Below, in pieces: positions 9,199 to 19,280 of a DNA stretch of 64,000 nt. This DNA is from an uncultured Christensenellaceae bacterium (GTDB lineage Bacteria > Bacillota > Clostridia > Christensenellales > UBA3700): NCBI GenBank assembly GCA_944380275.1, contig CALWHB010000001.1, positions 33,369-97,368 on the forward strand, in the 5' to 3' direction. The position numbers and the translations under genes are program-made. Within the stretch, counting starts at the first letter, position 1; every line of letters begins with the position of its first letter. Below the pieces are notes generated by a model. The model did not search any database, was not told the DNA's origin, and saw only the letters and a list, made by a program, of their open reading frames with translations.

Positions 9199-10890
9199 AT
9201 GAATCAATTTTTCGCACTTTTCAAGCTGAATTTCAAATATTATACATTGCCTGATTTTTCAGATAAAAAATCGCGCAAAAAATATGTCGCACTCATTGTT
9301 TTGCTGGGACTTTGCTTTATATTCCCAATTGCAGGGCTGTTTATGACTCTTTATGCGACTGCGACTCTCGCTTTTGCGCAGGGCGGCATTGTGGAAATGC
9401 TTTCCGGCGTGTTCTGCATATCGCAGATTAGCGTGCTTTTTCTCAGCGCGTTTTCATACATATCTTCGATGTTTTTTGCAAAAGACAACGAGATTATGCT
9501 CAATTTGCCCGTACCCCAGATAACCGTATTTACGAGTAAGCTGCTTGTCAGTTATGTCAACGAACTTCTTATTTCGACCATAATCGTTCTTCCTGCGTCC
9601 GTAATTACCGCAATTGCGGCGGCACAGGCTGGAGTAACGCTGGGCATTCAGTTCTATCTGCTGATACCGGTTGCGGTATTGCTTTTGCCTCTTTTGCCTA
9701 TGCTGTTGCTGTCAATAATATCCTTTCCGATAGCGATTGTAATTCAGAAACTCAGCAAAAAACCAGTATTGGGAGCGATAATTCAGGCGGTTTTTCTCAT
9801 TGTTTTCATAGGCGCGATATATTACGTAACGTATTTGTCAAGTTATTCCGTAGGAAACGGGCAGGACCAGGCACTGAATATTCAACAGATATTCGCTCCT
9901 ATGGCTAAAGTAAACGTTTTTACCACAATGCTTTCAAAGGCAATGACGGGGCAGAACGTCGTGGGTAATTTCTTTGCCTTCCTCGGTTCTACCGTCGCGT
10001 TTGCCGGAGTTTCATGCACGCTTTCCGTATTGTTCTACAAGCGTGCTTTGCAAAGCAGTGCAGAAGGCGACGGCGCGGCGAAAAAGAAAGCTGTGAAGAG
10101 CGATGCAGAGGCGAAAGTTAAATCCGCCGAAAAATCTTTTATTTTTGCCGACGTGAAAAACCTTCTGAGAGAAAGCTCCGTTACCGTAAACACGATACTA
10201 TCTGTCGTAATGCCCGCATTGCTCGTGTTCCTTTGTACTTTTATGACGTCAAGTTCGATGCAGGCGTCGCTTGAAACAGGCGAGGAAGGAACACAGACTT
10301 TTGTTTCCACAGGGTATCTGTCGCTTGCTTTGTCGCTAATGATGGCAAGCTGGTTCTGTTCGGGAACAAATCTGCTTTCCACTGTAGGTTTCAGCCTGGA
10401 AAGAGAAAATTTCGCCGTAATCAAGACTTTACCGATATCCTTTGACAAGATTTATTACTCAAAACTGATAGCAGCAGACTTTGTTACTCTCGTTTCGACG
10501 TTGATTGCCGCTGTCGTTACGGTAATCATATCAAAACTTACGGTCTTTGACTTTGCGCTTATGTTTGTTCTGCTGACGGCTTACGGCTGCAGCGTAAACG
10601 CTTTTGCTTTGCTGAGGGACCTCAAGTCGCCGCGTATGAACTGGATGACGGTAAAAGAACTGACGAAAAACAACTTTCATACCCTTATCCCTATGCTGGT
10701 TTCGATGGCGGGAACTCTTCCCGTCGTTATCGCGGCTTTTATATGTGCGTTTGCTCCGGGACTTTCTGATGTCGCGCGTTCGGCAATAATATGGGGAATT
10801 TTTGCGGCGGTTGACGTGGTTTTCCTGCTGCTATTCCAACTGCATGCGGGAGATAAAGCTTTGAAATATTTTGAGGAGTGTGAGTGCTGA
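9199..10890 (+). CDS. Polytopic membrane protein, putative permease partner of the preceding ABC ATPase
   Basis: 563 aa with many hydrophobic helices in two clusters separated by a charged Lys/Ala-rich loop. It appears translationally coupled to the ATPase gene. I recognise no specific family motif. Confidence 0.65.
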   Translation: MNQFFALFKLNFKYYTLPDFSDKKSRKKYVALIVLLGLCFIFPIAGLFMTLYATATLAFAQGGIVEMLSGVFCISQISVLFLSAFSYISSMFFAKDNEIMLNLPVPQITVFTSKLLVSYVNELLISTIIVLPASVITAIAAAQAGVTLGIQFYLLIPVAVLLLPLLPMLLLSIISFPIAIVIQKLSKKPVLGAIIQAVFLIVFIGAIYYVTYLSSYSVGNGQDQALNIQQIFAPMAKVNVFTTMLSKAMTGQNVVGNFFAFLGSTVAFAGVSCTLSVLFYKRALQSSAEGDGAAKKKAVKSDAEAKVKSAEKSFIFADVKNLLRESSVTVNTILSVVMPALLVFLCTFMTSSSMQASLETGEEGTQTFVSTGYLSLALSLMMASWFCSGTNLLSTVGFSLERENFAVIKTLPISFDKIYYSKLIAADFVTLVSTLIAAVVTVIISKLTVFDFALMFVLLTAYGCSVNAFALLRDLKSPRMNWMTVKELTKNNFHTLIPMLVSMAGTLPVVIAAFICAFAPGLSDVARSAIIWGIFAAVDVVFLLLFQLHAGDKALKYFEECEC

Positions 10891-11297
10891 TGCGACATCT
10901 TTGTATTGATTTGGGCGACGTAAGGATAGGACTTGCTACAAGCGACAGTATGGGAATATGTGCCACGGGGCTTGAAACATACCGTCGCACGCAACCGGAT
11001 AAAGACCTTGAATACATCGCTGATATCGTAAAACGCGAGAATATAGGCAGAGTGGTGATTGGTCTTCCCGTAAATATGGACGGGACGAGCGGAGAGAGAG
11101 TAGAAAAGGCGAAAGCTTTCGGCGACGCGCTTAAACCTTTAATCGACGCTGAAATAGCATATCAGGACGAAAGGCTTTCTACCGTTGCAGGCGAAAGGAT
11201 GCTTATCGAGGCGGGTATGAGGCGCGACAAAAGGAAAAAAGTTATCGATAAAATCGCCGCAACGATAATACTTCAGACTTATCTCGACTCGCACTGA
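10890..11297 (+). CDS. ruvX: Holliday junction resolvase-like nuclease RuvX (YqgF/YrrK)
   Basis: N-terminus MRHLCIDLGDVRIGLATSD, then GLPVNMDGTSGE and DERLSTVAGERML, typical of YqgF. The ATG at 10890 overlaps the upstream TGA; an alternative GTG lies at 10884. Confidence 0.85.
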   Translation: MRHLCIDLGDVRIGLATSDSMGICATGLETYRRTQPDKDLEYIADIVKRENIGRVVIGLPVNMDGTSGERVEKAKAFGDALKPLIDAEIAYQDERLSTVAGERMLIEAGMRRDKRKKVIDKIAATIILQTYLDSH

Positions 11298-11371
11298 AGT
11301 TGATTCAAAGAGTTGAAATGCGCGGCAAAATAAAGTATAATTATTGCGACAATATCCAAAGGAGAATAACA

Positions 11372-11785
11372 ATGGCTAATAAAAAAGACGAAAAAATTAC
11401 CGATGAAATAGAATTTATCGACGACGACGAGATTGTCGTGCTTAAGGGCGAAGACGGTCAGCAGATTGAACTTCTCAATATTGCCGAGATAGATTACGGT
11501 GACGCGGTTTACGCTATTCTTCAGCCCAACGACCTCGGAGAAATGGACGAAGACGAAGTATTCGTATTTGAAATCGAAGAGAACGAAAAGGGCGAACGCA
11601 ATTACGTTCCCGTCGAAGATAAAGAACTCGCTCAGAGCGTAATTGACGATTATATTGAACTCCGCGACGGTTGCGGTTGCGACTGCGAAGATTGCGATTG
11701 CGAGGATTGCGACGAGTGCGAAGGCTGCGACGACGAGTGCGAAAATAAAGATTCCTGCGATAAAGACTGCAAAAAAAGCAAATAA
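11372..11785 (+). CDS. DUF1292 (YrzB-like) protein with a Cys/Asp/Glu-rich C-terminal tail
   Basis: RBS AAAGGAG at 11358-11364 precedes the ATG at 11372. The acidic body (IEFIDDDEIVVLKGEDGQQIELLNIAEIDY...VFVFEIEE) resembles DUF1292. Its position directly after ruvX matches B. subtilis yrrK-yrzB. The tail is GCGCDCEDCDCEDCDECEGCDDECENKDSCDKDC. Confidence 0.75.
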   Translation: MANKKDEKITDEIEFIDDDEIVVLKGEDGQQIELLNIAEIDYGDAVYAILQPNDLGEMDEDEVFVFEIEENEKGERNYVPVEDKELAQSVIDDYIELRDGCGCDCEDCDCEDCDECEGCDDECENKDSCDKDCKKSK

Positions 11786-11850
11786 GCTTATTAGGCTATA
11801 TAAAAAACAATAAACGGCGTGAAATTTTAAAAAAACTGCCGTCTATTCGT

Positions 11851-11879
11851 TTGCTTTATATAATTTAATATGCTACAAT
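11851..11879 (+). promoter_or_regulatory. Sigma-A type promoter of the rpsB-tsf operon
   Basis: TTGCTT (11851-11856), a 17-nt spacer, then TACAAT (11874-11879) with an extended -10 TGc. This leaves a leader of roughly 95 nt before rpsB. Confidence 0.45.
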
Positions 11880-11980
11880 CTTAATGCTAAAAAACCACCT
11901 TCGGTCAGCTGAGGGCATCCTGCTTTGCAAAAAGTAGTTCCGAGGCGAAAGCCGTGGGGAAGAAAAAAGGAGAATAAAAA

Positions 11981-12772
11981 ATGGCAGTAGTAACAATGAA
12001 AGGTCTGCTTGAGGCAGGCGTACACTTTGGTCATCAGACCAAGAAATGGAACCCCAAGATGGCAAAGTACATCTATTCTGCACGCAACGATATTTATATA
12101 ATCGACCTGCAGATTTCAGTTGAGCATGTTGAAAAGGCTTACGCTTTTGTACGTGACATCGCTAAACAGGGCAAATCCATACTTTTTGTCGGAACGAAGA
12201 AACAGGCTCAGGACGCTATCAAAGACGAGGCAGTCCGTTGCGGTATGTTCTATATGAACAAGAGATGGCCCGGCGGTACGCTGACCAACTTCAAGACGAT
12301 GAGGAGCAGAATCGACCGTCTTAACAAAATCAATCAGATGGAAATCATGGGCGAGTTCGAACTTCTTCCCAAAAAGGAAGTTGCCGGTCTTAAAAAGGAA
12401 AAAGAAAAGCTCGAAGAAGTATTCGGCGGTATAAAGAACATGACCAATCTTCCCGGTGCAATGTTCGTAGTTGACATCAACAACGAAGAAATCGCCGTAA
12501 GAGAGGCAAGAAAACTGGGTATTCCCGTCGTAGGTCTTGTAGACACCAACTGCGACCCTGACATGGTTGATTACGTTATCCCCGGCAACGACGACGCTAT
12601 CCGCGCTATCAAACTTATCGCAAGCATTATGGCAAACGCCGTAATCGAGGCAAACGAAGGTATCGCATATTCTGTTGAAGACGAGGAAGAGAACGCTGAA
12701 GAAATCAGCGAGGCTGCTGTCGAGAGTGAAAACGTAGGCGAAGAAGTTGCTCCCGCTCAGACCCAGGAATAA
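11981..12772 (+). CDS. rpsB: 30S ribosomal protein S2
   Basis: [27 protein letters not shown] and GGTLTNF are hallmark S2 sequences. RBS AAGGAG lies upstream. Confidence 0.97.
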   Translation: MAVVTMKGLLEAGVHFGHQTKKWNPKMAKYIYSARNDIYIIDLQISVEHVEKAYAFVRDIAKQGKSILFVGTKKQAQDAIKDEAVRCGMFYMNKRWPGGTLTNFKTMRSRIDRLNKINQMEIMGEFELLPKKEVAGLKKEKEKLEEVFGGIKNMTNLPGAMFVVDINNEEIAVREARKLGIPVVGLVDTNCDPDMVDYVIPGNDDAIRAIKLIASIMANAVIEANEGIAYSVEDEEENAEEISEAAVESENVGEEVAPAQTQE

Positions 12773-12789
12773 TTCAAAGGAGAATATAT

Positions 12790-13665
12790 ATGAACTTTAC
12801 TAATAAGGACGTTATGGACCTGCGCGCAAGAACAGGCGTAGGTATGATGGATTGCAAGAGAGCTCTCGTTGAGGCTGACGGCAATATGGATAAGGCTATC
12901 GAAATCCTCCGTGAAAAAGGTATGGCTACCGGTGCGAAGAGAGCAGGCAAAATCGCATCTCAGGGTATCGTTGACGCATACAGCGAAGGAAACGTTAGCG
13001 TTCTCGTCGAAGTAAACTGTGAGTCCGACTTCGTTGCAAGAGGCGAGCAGTTTAAAGAATTCGTTCAGAAAATCGCTGCTTACATCGCTGCAAAGAATCC
13101 GGCAGACGTCGCACAGGTTACCGCTGACAATGCCGACCTTCTCAACGAAACAGTTGCAAAAATCGGCGAGAAAATCGTCGTAAGACGTTTTGAAAGATAT
13201 GTAACCGAGAGCGGCAAAATCAGCTCTTATATCCACATGGGCGGCAAAATCGGCGTTCTTGTCGAAACCGATGCAACCGCAAGCGACGAAGTTGCTCACG
13301 ATATCGCTCTGCATATCGCGGCTGTCAATCCCTCTTACATCTGCTCCTCCGAAATTCCGCAGGAAGTCGTTGACAAAGAGAGAGAAATCAGCAAGGCTCA
13401 GCTGCTCAACGAGGGTAAAAAGCCTGAAATTATCGATAAAATCGTCGGCGGTAAGATTTCTAAGTTCTACAAAGAAGTCTGCTTGCTTGAACAGCCTTTT
13501 GTCAAAGACGGCGAAAAGTCCGTTGCAGATTATCTCAAAGCTAACGGTGGCGTAAAGGTTGTCAGATTTACCCGTTATACGATGGGCGAAGGTCTTGAGA
13601 AGAAAGAAGAAAACCTTGCAAACGAGGTTGAAGAACAAATCGCTAAAGCGAAGGCAAACAAGTAA
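12790..13665 (+). CDS. tsf: Translation elongation factor Ts
   Basis: VMDLRARTGVGMMDCKRALVEADGNMDKAIEILREKG (UBA-like N-terminus) and canonical placement after rpsB. Confidence 0.97.
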   Translation: MNFTNKDVMDLRARTGVGMMDCKRALVEADGNMDKAIEILREKGMATGAKRAGKIASQGIVDAYSEGNVSVLVEVNCESDFVARGEQFKEFVQKIAAYIAAKNPADVAQVTADNADLLNETVAKIGEKIVVRRFERYVTESGKISSYIHMGGKIGVLVETDATASDEVAHDIALHIAAVNPSYICSSEIPQEVVDKEREISKAQLLNEGKKPEIIDKIVGGKISKFYKEVCLLEQPFVKDGEKSVADYLKANGGVKVVRFTRYTMGEGLEKKEENLANEVEEQIAKAKANK

Positions 13666-13674
13666 TTGATTATT

Positions 13675-13702
13675 AAGAAACGGCATTGCCGTTTCTTTTT
13701 TT
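13675..13702 (+). terminator. Rho-independent terminator after tsf
   Basis: Perfect 10-bp stem AAGAAACGGC/GCCGTTTCTT with a 3-nt loop, followed by a T-run. Confidence 0.8.
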
Positions 13703-13707
13703 AATAA

Positions 13708-14430
<723 letters not shown>

Positions 14431-14439
14431 AAGACAAGG

Positions 14440-14468
14440 TCCCTCCGAAACAACGGAGGGATTTTTTT
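14440..14468 (+). terminator. Rho-independent terminator after pyrH
   Basis: Stem CCCTCCG/CGGAGGG (14441-14447 / 14454-14460) with a 6-nt loop, followed by TTTTTTT. Confidence 0.75.
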
Positions 14469-14588
14469 ATTGTTTTGTTTTTTACGCTGCTTTTTCAGAT
14501 AAAATACGGCTTTCGGCTTGCTGAATATAAAAAATAGTGTAATTTATGCTTTTAATACGTGCATAATTATAATATTTATTAAAATATA

Positions 14589-14617
14589 TTGAACTGATAA
14601 AAAAAATTTGATATAAT
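14589..14617 (+). promoter_or_regulatory. Sigma-A type promoter of frr-uppS-cdsA-dxr-rseP-ispG
   Basis: TTGAAC (14589-14594), a 17-nt spacer, then TATAAT (14612-14617) with an extended -10 TGa. Confidence 0.55.
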
Positions 14618-14647
14618 TTCATTTAGAAATCTAATGAGGTGCATTTT

Positions 14648-15226
14648 ATGATAAACAGTGAAAAAATCGAAATACTCGAAGTGTTTGACAAATACGAGGA
14701 AAAGCTTGAAAAAGGCGTTTCCAATCTCAAAGGAGAGTTTGCCAAACTCAAAGCGGGCAGAGCCAACGCTCACGTTCTTGACAAAGTTCTGGTAGATTAT
14801 TACGGCACTCCCACTCCTATAAAACAGCTGGGTAATATCTCTGTTCCGGAGGCAAGGATACTTATGATTTCGGTATGGGACGTATCTGCGCTCAAAGCTG
14901 TAGAAAAAGCAATAAATGAGGCAAATATCGGTATCAATCCTCAGAACGACGGCAAGGTCATACGTCTTATTTTCCCGGAACTTACCGAGGCGAGAAGAAA
15001 GGACCTTTGCAAAGAAATCAGAGCAATGAGCGAAAATACAAAAATCGCTCTCAGAAACGCTCGCCGTGATGCGAACGACGCTGTGAAAAAGCTCAAGAAA
15101 GACAACGTCGTTACAGAGGACGAAGTTTCGCTTTGCGAAAAAGAAATAGACAAACTTCTTGCAGACGCAGTGGCTGACGTCGACAAGAGTACTAAAGACA
15201 AAGAACAAGAAGTTATGACCGTCTGA
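14648..15226 (+). CDS. frr: Ribosome recycling factor
   Basis: LKAGRANAHVLDKVLVDYYGTPTPIKQLGNISVPEAR and IRLIFPELTEARRK are present. The ATG at 14648 lies 6 nt after AGGTG; the ORF-track GTG at 14639 is less likely. Confidence 0.95.
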   Translation: MINSEKIEILEVFDKYEEKLEKGVSNLKGEFAKLKAGRANAHVLDKVLVDYYGTPTPIKQLGNISVPEARILMISVWDVSALKAVEKAINEANIGINPQNDGKVIRLIFPELTEARRKDLCKEIRAMSENTKIALRNARRDANDAVKKLKKDNVVTEDEVSLCEKEIDKLLADAVADVDKSTKDKEQEVMTV

Positions 15227-15324
15227 CGGTCTGGCTTGTCTTTGCAATAGAAAAGACAGTTCAAGCCGGCTATTAAGTCGGCTTGTATGCAATTTTAACG
15301 GATTTATAATAAAAGGAGCGTAAA

Positions 15325-16029
15325 ATGCTTAACGAAATAAAAATTCCGCGCCATATAGCTTTTATCATGGACGGCAACGGCAGATGGGCAAAAAAACGTC
15401 TTTTACCGCGCAAAGCGGGGCATAGAGAAGGCGTTGTGGCTTTGCGCCGCATGGTTGACGAGTGTGAAAAAGCCGGTGTGGAAATGGTATCTTTTTACGC
15501 TTTTTCGACAGAAAACTGGACAAGACCGCAGGATGAAATCGACGCGTTGTTCAAGATGGTGAAAGAGTTTGCCGATAAATATCTCGACGAATACGTCAAG
15601 CGCGGTTTCAGAATAATGTTTATGGGGGATTTGTCCAAACTTCCCAAAGAAACGGTAGACGCGCTCAAGAGAATACTCGAAAAGGCAAAAGACAATAAAG
15701 GCATGATTGTCAATATTGCTCTCAATTACGGCGGAAGGGACGAAATCCTGCACGCGGTAAACATTTTGCTCGATGCCGGACTCAGGAACGTAGATATGCA
15801 GACGCTTTCAGACTGTATGTATACGGCAGGACTGCCTGACCCGGATGTAATAGTCAGGAGCAGCGGAGAGAAAAGGCTGAGCAATTTTATGCTGTGGCAG
15901 GCAGCTTATGCAGAACTCGTGTTTGTCGACGACCTGTGGCCTGATTTCGACGAAAAAATTTTTGCAAATATAATAGATGAATACTCGCGAAGGGACAGAA
16001 GATACGGAAATATACGCCGTATAAACTGA
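15325..16029 (+). CDS. uppS: Isoprenyl transferase (undecaprenyl diphosphate synthase)
   Basis: HIAFIMDGNGRWA, FSTENWTRP and RSSGEKRLSNFMLWQAAYAE are present. Confidence 0.95.
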   Translation: MLNEIKIPRHIAFIMDGNGRWAKKRLLPRKAGHREGVVALRRMVDECEKAGVEMVSFYAFSTENWTRPQDEIDALFKMVKEFADKYLDEYVKRGFRIMFMGDLSKLPKETVDALKRILEKAKDNKGMIVNIALNYGGRDEILHAVNILLDAGLRNVDMQTLSDCMYTAGLPDPDVIVRSSGEKRLSNFMLWQAAYAELVFVDDLWPDFDEKIFANIIDEYSRRDRRYGNIRRIN

Positions 16030-16046
16030 TTCGCAAAGGAAATGTT

Positions 16047-16940
16047 ATGCTAAAAAGAATACTTACGGCAATAGTTTTGCTTGCAGTAGTACTGGGTACG
16101 CTGTTCGGACTCAGGCAGTTCAGTCTTTTTTATGTGGACGCTCTCATATTAATCTGTATGGCTATAGGCGTATACGAAATGTTTACCGCATTTAAGTCTG
16201 CAAAATACAGACCTATGGCAATTCCGCTTGTTTTAGCCGTTGTCTGCATTTATCCTGCGTTGTGGTTTTTACGCGAAACGGGCATAGTTGCCGTTATTTC
16301 GCTTTGCGTAATGGTCGCGCTGACTATTTTCACGTTTGACCATAAGTATGAACTCAAAGATTTTCTTTCAACTGCGTTTATACTGTTTTATCCCGTGCTG
16401 CTGCTTTCGATATTCTTCCTCATCAACGGTAAGACTACTTTGGGCGACAATCCGGTAAACGAGAATTACGGCGATATGATAGGTATAATGCTTGCGCTGT
16501 TTTTACCTGTATTCACAGATACATTTGCGTATTTTACTGGTATGGCGATAGGCGGCAAGAAATTATGTCCCGAAATAAGTCCCAAAAAGACTGTTGCAGG
16601 CGCGGTAGGAGGGCTTGTCGGAGGAGTTTTTGCAAGCGCAATGGTTTTTCTGCTGTTCGACTATTACGGTGTCTTTGACGGTATGAAGAACGTACATACG
16701 CTTGCGTTGACAACGAATATGTACATATCGCTTGCTATTTATCTCGTAATCGGTCTTGTCGGTGCCGTTGTCTGCGAAACAGGCGACCTTGCGGCAAGCT
16801 GGATTAAGCGCAAGGCGGGCATAAAAGATTTCGGCAAAATCTTCCCGGGACACGGCGGCATAATGGACAGACTTGACAGTATTTTATTCATGTTGCCGGT
16901 AATATATCTGACTTTTGCCGTCATAAACGTCGTTGAATAA
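16047..16940 (+). CDS. cdsA: Phosphatidate cytidylyltransferase
   Basis: Polytopic membrane protein carrying the CdsA signature SWIKRKAGIKDFGKIFPGHGGIMDRLDS. Confidence 0.9.
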   Translation: MLKRILTAIVLLAVVLGTLFGLRQFSLFYVDALILICMAIGVYEMFTAFKSAKYRPMAIPLVLAVVCIYPALWFLRETGIVAVISLCVMVALTIFTFDHKYELKDFLSTAFILFYPVLLLSIFFLINGKTTLGDNPVNENYGDMIGIMLALFLPVFTDTFAYFTGMAIGGKKLCPEISPKKTVAGAVGGLVGGVFASAMVFLLFDYYGVFDGMKNVHTLALTTNMYISLAIYLVIGLVGAVVCETGDLAASWIKRKAGIKDFGKIFPGHGGIMDRLDSILFMLPVIYLTFAVINVVE

Positions 16941-17018
16941 AAGTTGCATTGCAAAAGTATTTTTTATTCTGACGTAATTTATTTGCTTAACTATCAATAA
17001 TCTTTAAGGAGAAAAAGT

Positions 17019-18176
17019 ATGAAGGAGCTTTTGATACTGGGATGTACCGGTTCTATTGGGACACAGGCTTTGGAAACTGTCAGACGCTATCCGTCAAAAC
17101 TTAAAGTTGCCGGACTTTGTTGCGACAAAAACGCGCCGCTCCTTCAGAAACAGATAGACGAGTTTAAGCCCCGTTATGTAGCGATAAGAGATAAAGACGC
17201 TGCAAAAACTCTTGATATTCCTCCTCAGACTGTTTTATTTACAGGCGAAAATGCTGCGACGGAGATTGCAGGCGCGACCGACGCGACAGTTCTCAATGCG
17301 CTTGTAGGCATAAGCGGGTTAAGACCGACTATGAGTGCGCTGAGCAGAGGAAATACAATAGCCCTTGCCAACAAGGAAACGCTCGTTGCCGGCGGGGATA
17401 TTGTCATGAAAACGGCAAGAGAACGCGGTATTAAAATTCTTCCGGTCGACAGCGAACACAGTGCTATATGGCAATGCCTCAACCGCAATGCAGCTGCCGC
17501 AAAAGACGTGGAAAAACTGATTCTTACGGCGTCGGGCGGACCCTTCAGAGGCAAAAGCAGAGAGGAACTCAAAGACGTTACGATAGACGACGCTCTCAGG
17601 CATCCCACCTGGAATATGGGCGTTAAAGTCACCGTGGACAGCTCTACAATGATGAATAAGGGCTTTGAAGTTATAGAGGCATCGCATCTGTTCGGTGTCG
17701 GAGCTGACAAAATAGATATTGTCGTTCACAGGCAAAGCATTATACACTCAATGGTGAAATATAGCGACGGCAGCGTTATAGCTCAGATGAGTTTTCCTGA
17801 CATGAGGTTGCCTGTACAGCTTGCTTTGCTTTATCCTGAAAGAGGTGATTATTGTTTTTCTCCGCTATCTTTCGACGGGCTGACGCTTGATTTTGAAAAG
17901 CCGGATACTGACGTTTTCGAGTGCCTTAAAATCGCGCTTGACTGCGTAAAAGCCGGCGGAAAAGCCACTGCTATACTTAATGCCGCAAACGAAGTTGCCG
18001 TAGCAATGTTTGTTAAAAGACAAATAAAATTCTTTGATATACCATATTATATTAAAAGAGCGTTGGACAGGTTTTATGACGGCAATCAGCCTTTTTGCGA
18101 ACTTGACGAAGTGCTTGACGTTGATAAAAAAGTCAAAAAATACGTCGCTGACGACATCGGGAGAATAAGTGTATGA
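17019..18176 (+). CDS. dxr: 1-deoxy-D-xylulose 5-phosphate reductoisomerase
   Basis: LGCTGSIGTQAL, ANKETLV, DSEHSAIWQC and LTASGGPFRG are present. Confidence 0.96.
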   Translation: MKELLILGCTGSIGTQALETVRRYPSKLKVAGLCCDKNAPLLQKQIDEFKPRYVAIRDKDAAKTLDIPPQTVLFTGENAATEIAGATDATVLNALVGISGLRPTMSALSRGNTIALANKETLVAGGDIVMKTARERGIKILPVDSEHSAIWQCLNRNAAAAKDVEKLILTASGGPFRGKSREELKDVTIDDALRHPTWNMGVKVTVDSSTMMNKGFEVIEASHLFGVGADKIDIVVHRQSIIHSMVKYSDGSVIAQMSFPDMRLPVQLALLYPERGDYCFSPLSFDGLTLDFEKPDTDVFECLKIALDCVKAGGKATAILNAANEVAVAMFVKRQIKFFDIPYYIKRALDRFYDGNQPFCELDEVLDVDKKVKKYVADDIGRISV

Positions 18177-19276
18177 CGCAGATTCTGCTTTGCGTTTCCG
18201 CAGGCGAAGTCTTCAAATGGATAGGATATATCGTTATTGCGATGATTTGTTTTATGTTCATGATTGTCGTTCATGAACTCGGACATTACACCGCAGGCAA
18301 ACTGCTCGGATTTAAAATAAACGAGTTCGCAATCGGTTTCGGACCCGCGATATTCAAGAAGGTTACAAATAAAAATACAGGTGAAACATTTTCGCTGAGA
18401 TGTATTCCTGCAGGCGGATTCTGTGCTTTTGAAGGTGAAGACGCAGAGGCAGAATCTCCTGAAAGTTTCAATTCTCATCCCGTATGGAAGAGAATAATCG
18501 TGCTTGCGTCCGGGGTATTTTTCAACTTTTTAAGCGCGATTATCATACTGAACATCTTTTTTATGACATACGGCGAGGCTGTGCCTGAGATTGCGGATAC
18601 CTATCAGCTCGTGCAGGAATCTGACGAACAACTGTTTCAGCCGGGAGATAAAATAATCGAAGTAAACGGGAAAAAGGTATACAGTCTGCTTGAGTCCGGA
18701 AAGCTGGGAGAGCTGATTTCCGGCAGCGATACCAACGAATTTACCGTACTCAGAAACGGCGAGGAAGTAACTTTTACCGCTACAAAAACAGAGTATTATT
18801 ATACCTACCTGACTGAAGACGGCTCTATGGCAACGGAGATAAAAACGGGGCTTGGGATTACCTACGGGTTCGGTCAATATAAACTGGGGTATTTCTCTGC
18901 GGTAGCGCGTTCTTTCAATTTCTGCGGCGACGTCGTAGAACTGATTTTCAAATCGATAGGGCAACTGTTTACGGGAGCTGCAAAAGTGAAAGATACGATG
19001 GGAGGCACGATTACCGCAGTGTCCGCTCTCGTTCAGCTGGGGCAATCCGGATTTGCCGCAGTTGCTTACGGAGTTGCGGTTTTGTCGATTTCGATAGCGT
19101 TTATGAACATTTTGCCTCTTCCTGCACTTGACGGCTCTCGTATAGTTTTTGCTATAATAGAGGCGATAAGAAAAAAACCTCTCAACCGCAAGGTGGAGGG
19201 TATGATACACGCGGTGGGACTCGTACTGCTGATTGGACTTGCCGTCACGTTCGACCTGCTGCATTTCTTTGGGTGA
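18173..19276 (+). CDS. rseP: RIP zinc metalloprotease RseP/YluC (site-2 protease)
   Basis: HELGHY zinc motif in TM1, a central PDZ-like segment, and the C-terminal NILPLPALDGSRIV motif. The start overlaps the dxr stop (ATGA). Confidence 0.9.
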   Translation: MTQILLCVSAGEVFKWIGYIVIAMICFMFMIVVHELGHYTAGKLLGFKINEFAIGFGPAIFKKVTNKNTGETFSLRCIPAGGFCAFEGEDAEAESPESFNSHPVWKRIIVLASGVFFNFLSAIIILNIFFMTYGEAVPEIADTYQLVQESDEQLFQPGDKIIEVNGKKVYSLLESGKLGELISGSDTNEFTVLRNGEEVTFTATKTEYYYTYLTEDGSMATEIKTGLGITYGFGQYKLGYFSAVARSFNFCGDVVELIFKSIGQLFTGAAKVKDTMGGTITAVSALVQLGQSGFAAVAYGVAVLSISIAFMNILPLPALDGSRIVFAIIEAIRKKPLNRKVEGMIHAVGLVLLIGLAVTFDLLHFFG

Positions 19277-19280
19277 AAAT

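Noticed and set aside
8445-10890. The ABC ATPase and 563-aa permease as a possible dedicated exporter (ChvA/NdvA analogue) for the product of the neighbouring glucan synthase.
   Set aside because: ChvA/NdvA are fused TMD-NBD half-transporters. Here rarA, with its own consensus promoter, separates the genes, and the permease has a different, much larger topology. Nothing in the sequence supports a functional link.
12757-13686. A 309-aa ORF antisense to tsf, longer than tsf itself.
   Set aside because: The plus strand encodes an unmistakable EF-Ts with an RBS and a terminator. The antisense product is low-complexity (F/V/D/C-rich) and has no RBS. It is a shadow ORF caused by GAA/GAC/AAA-rich codon usage. 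The same reasoning applies to 13783-14427 (anti-pyrH), 14579-15292 (anti-frr), 18530-19309 (anti-rseP), 21397-21978, 26091-26795 and 51633-52226.
15227-15300. Nested hairpins after frr (GGCTTGTCTTT...AAAGACA..CAAGCC and CAAGCCG...CGGCTTG) as a possible terminator.
   Set aside because: No T-run follows them and uppS starts 30 nt later with a good RBS. They are more likely an intra-operon stabilising structure. The evidence is too weak to report as a feature.
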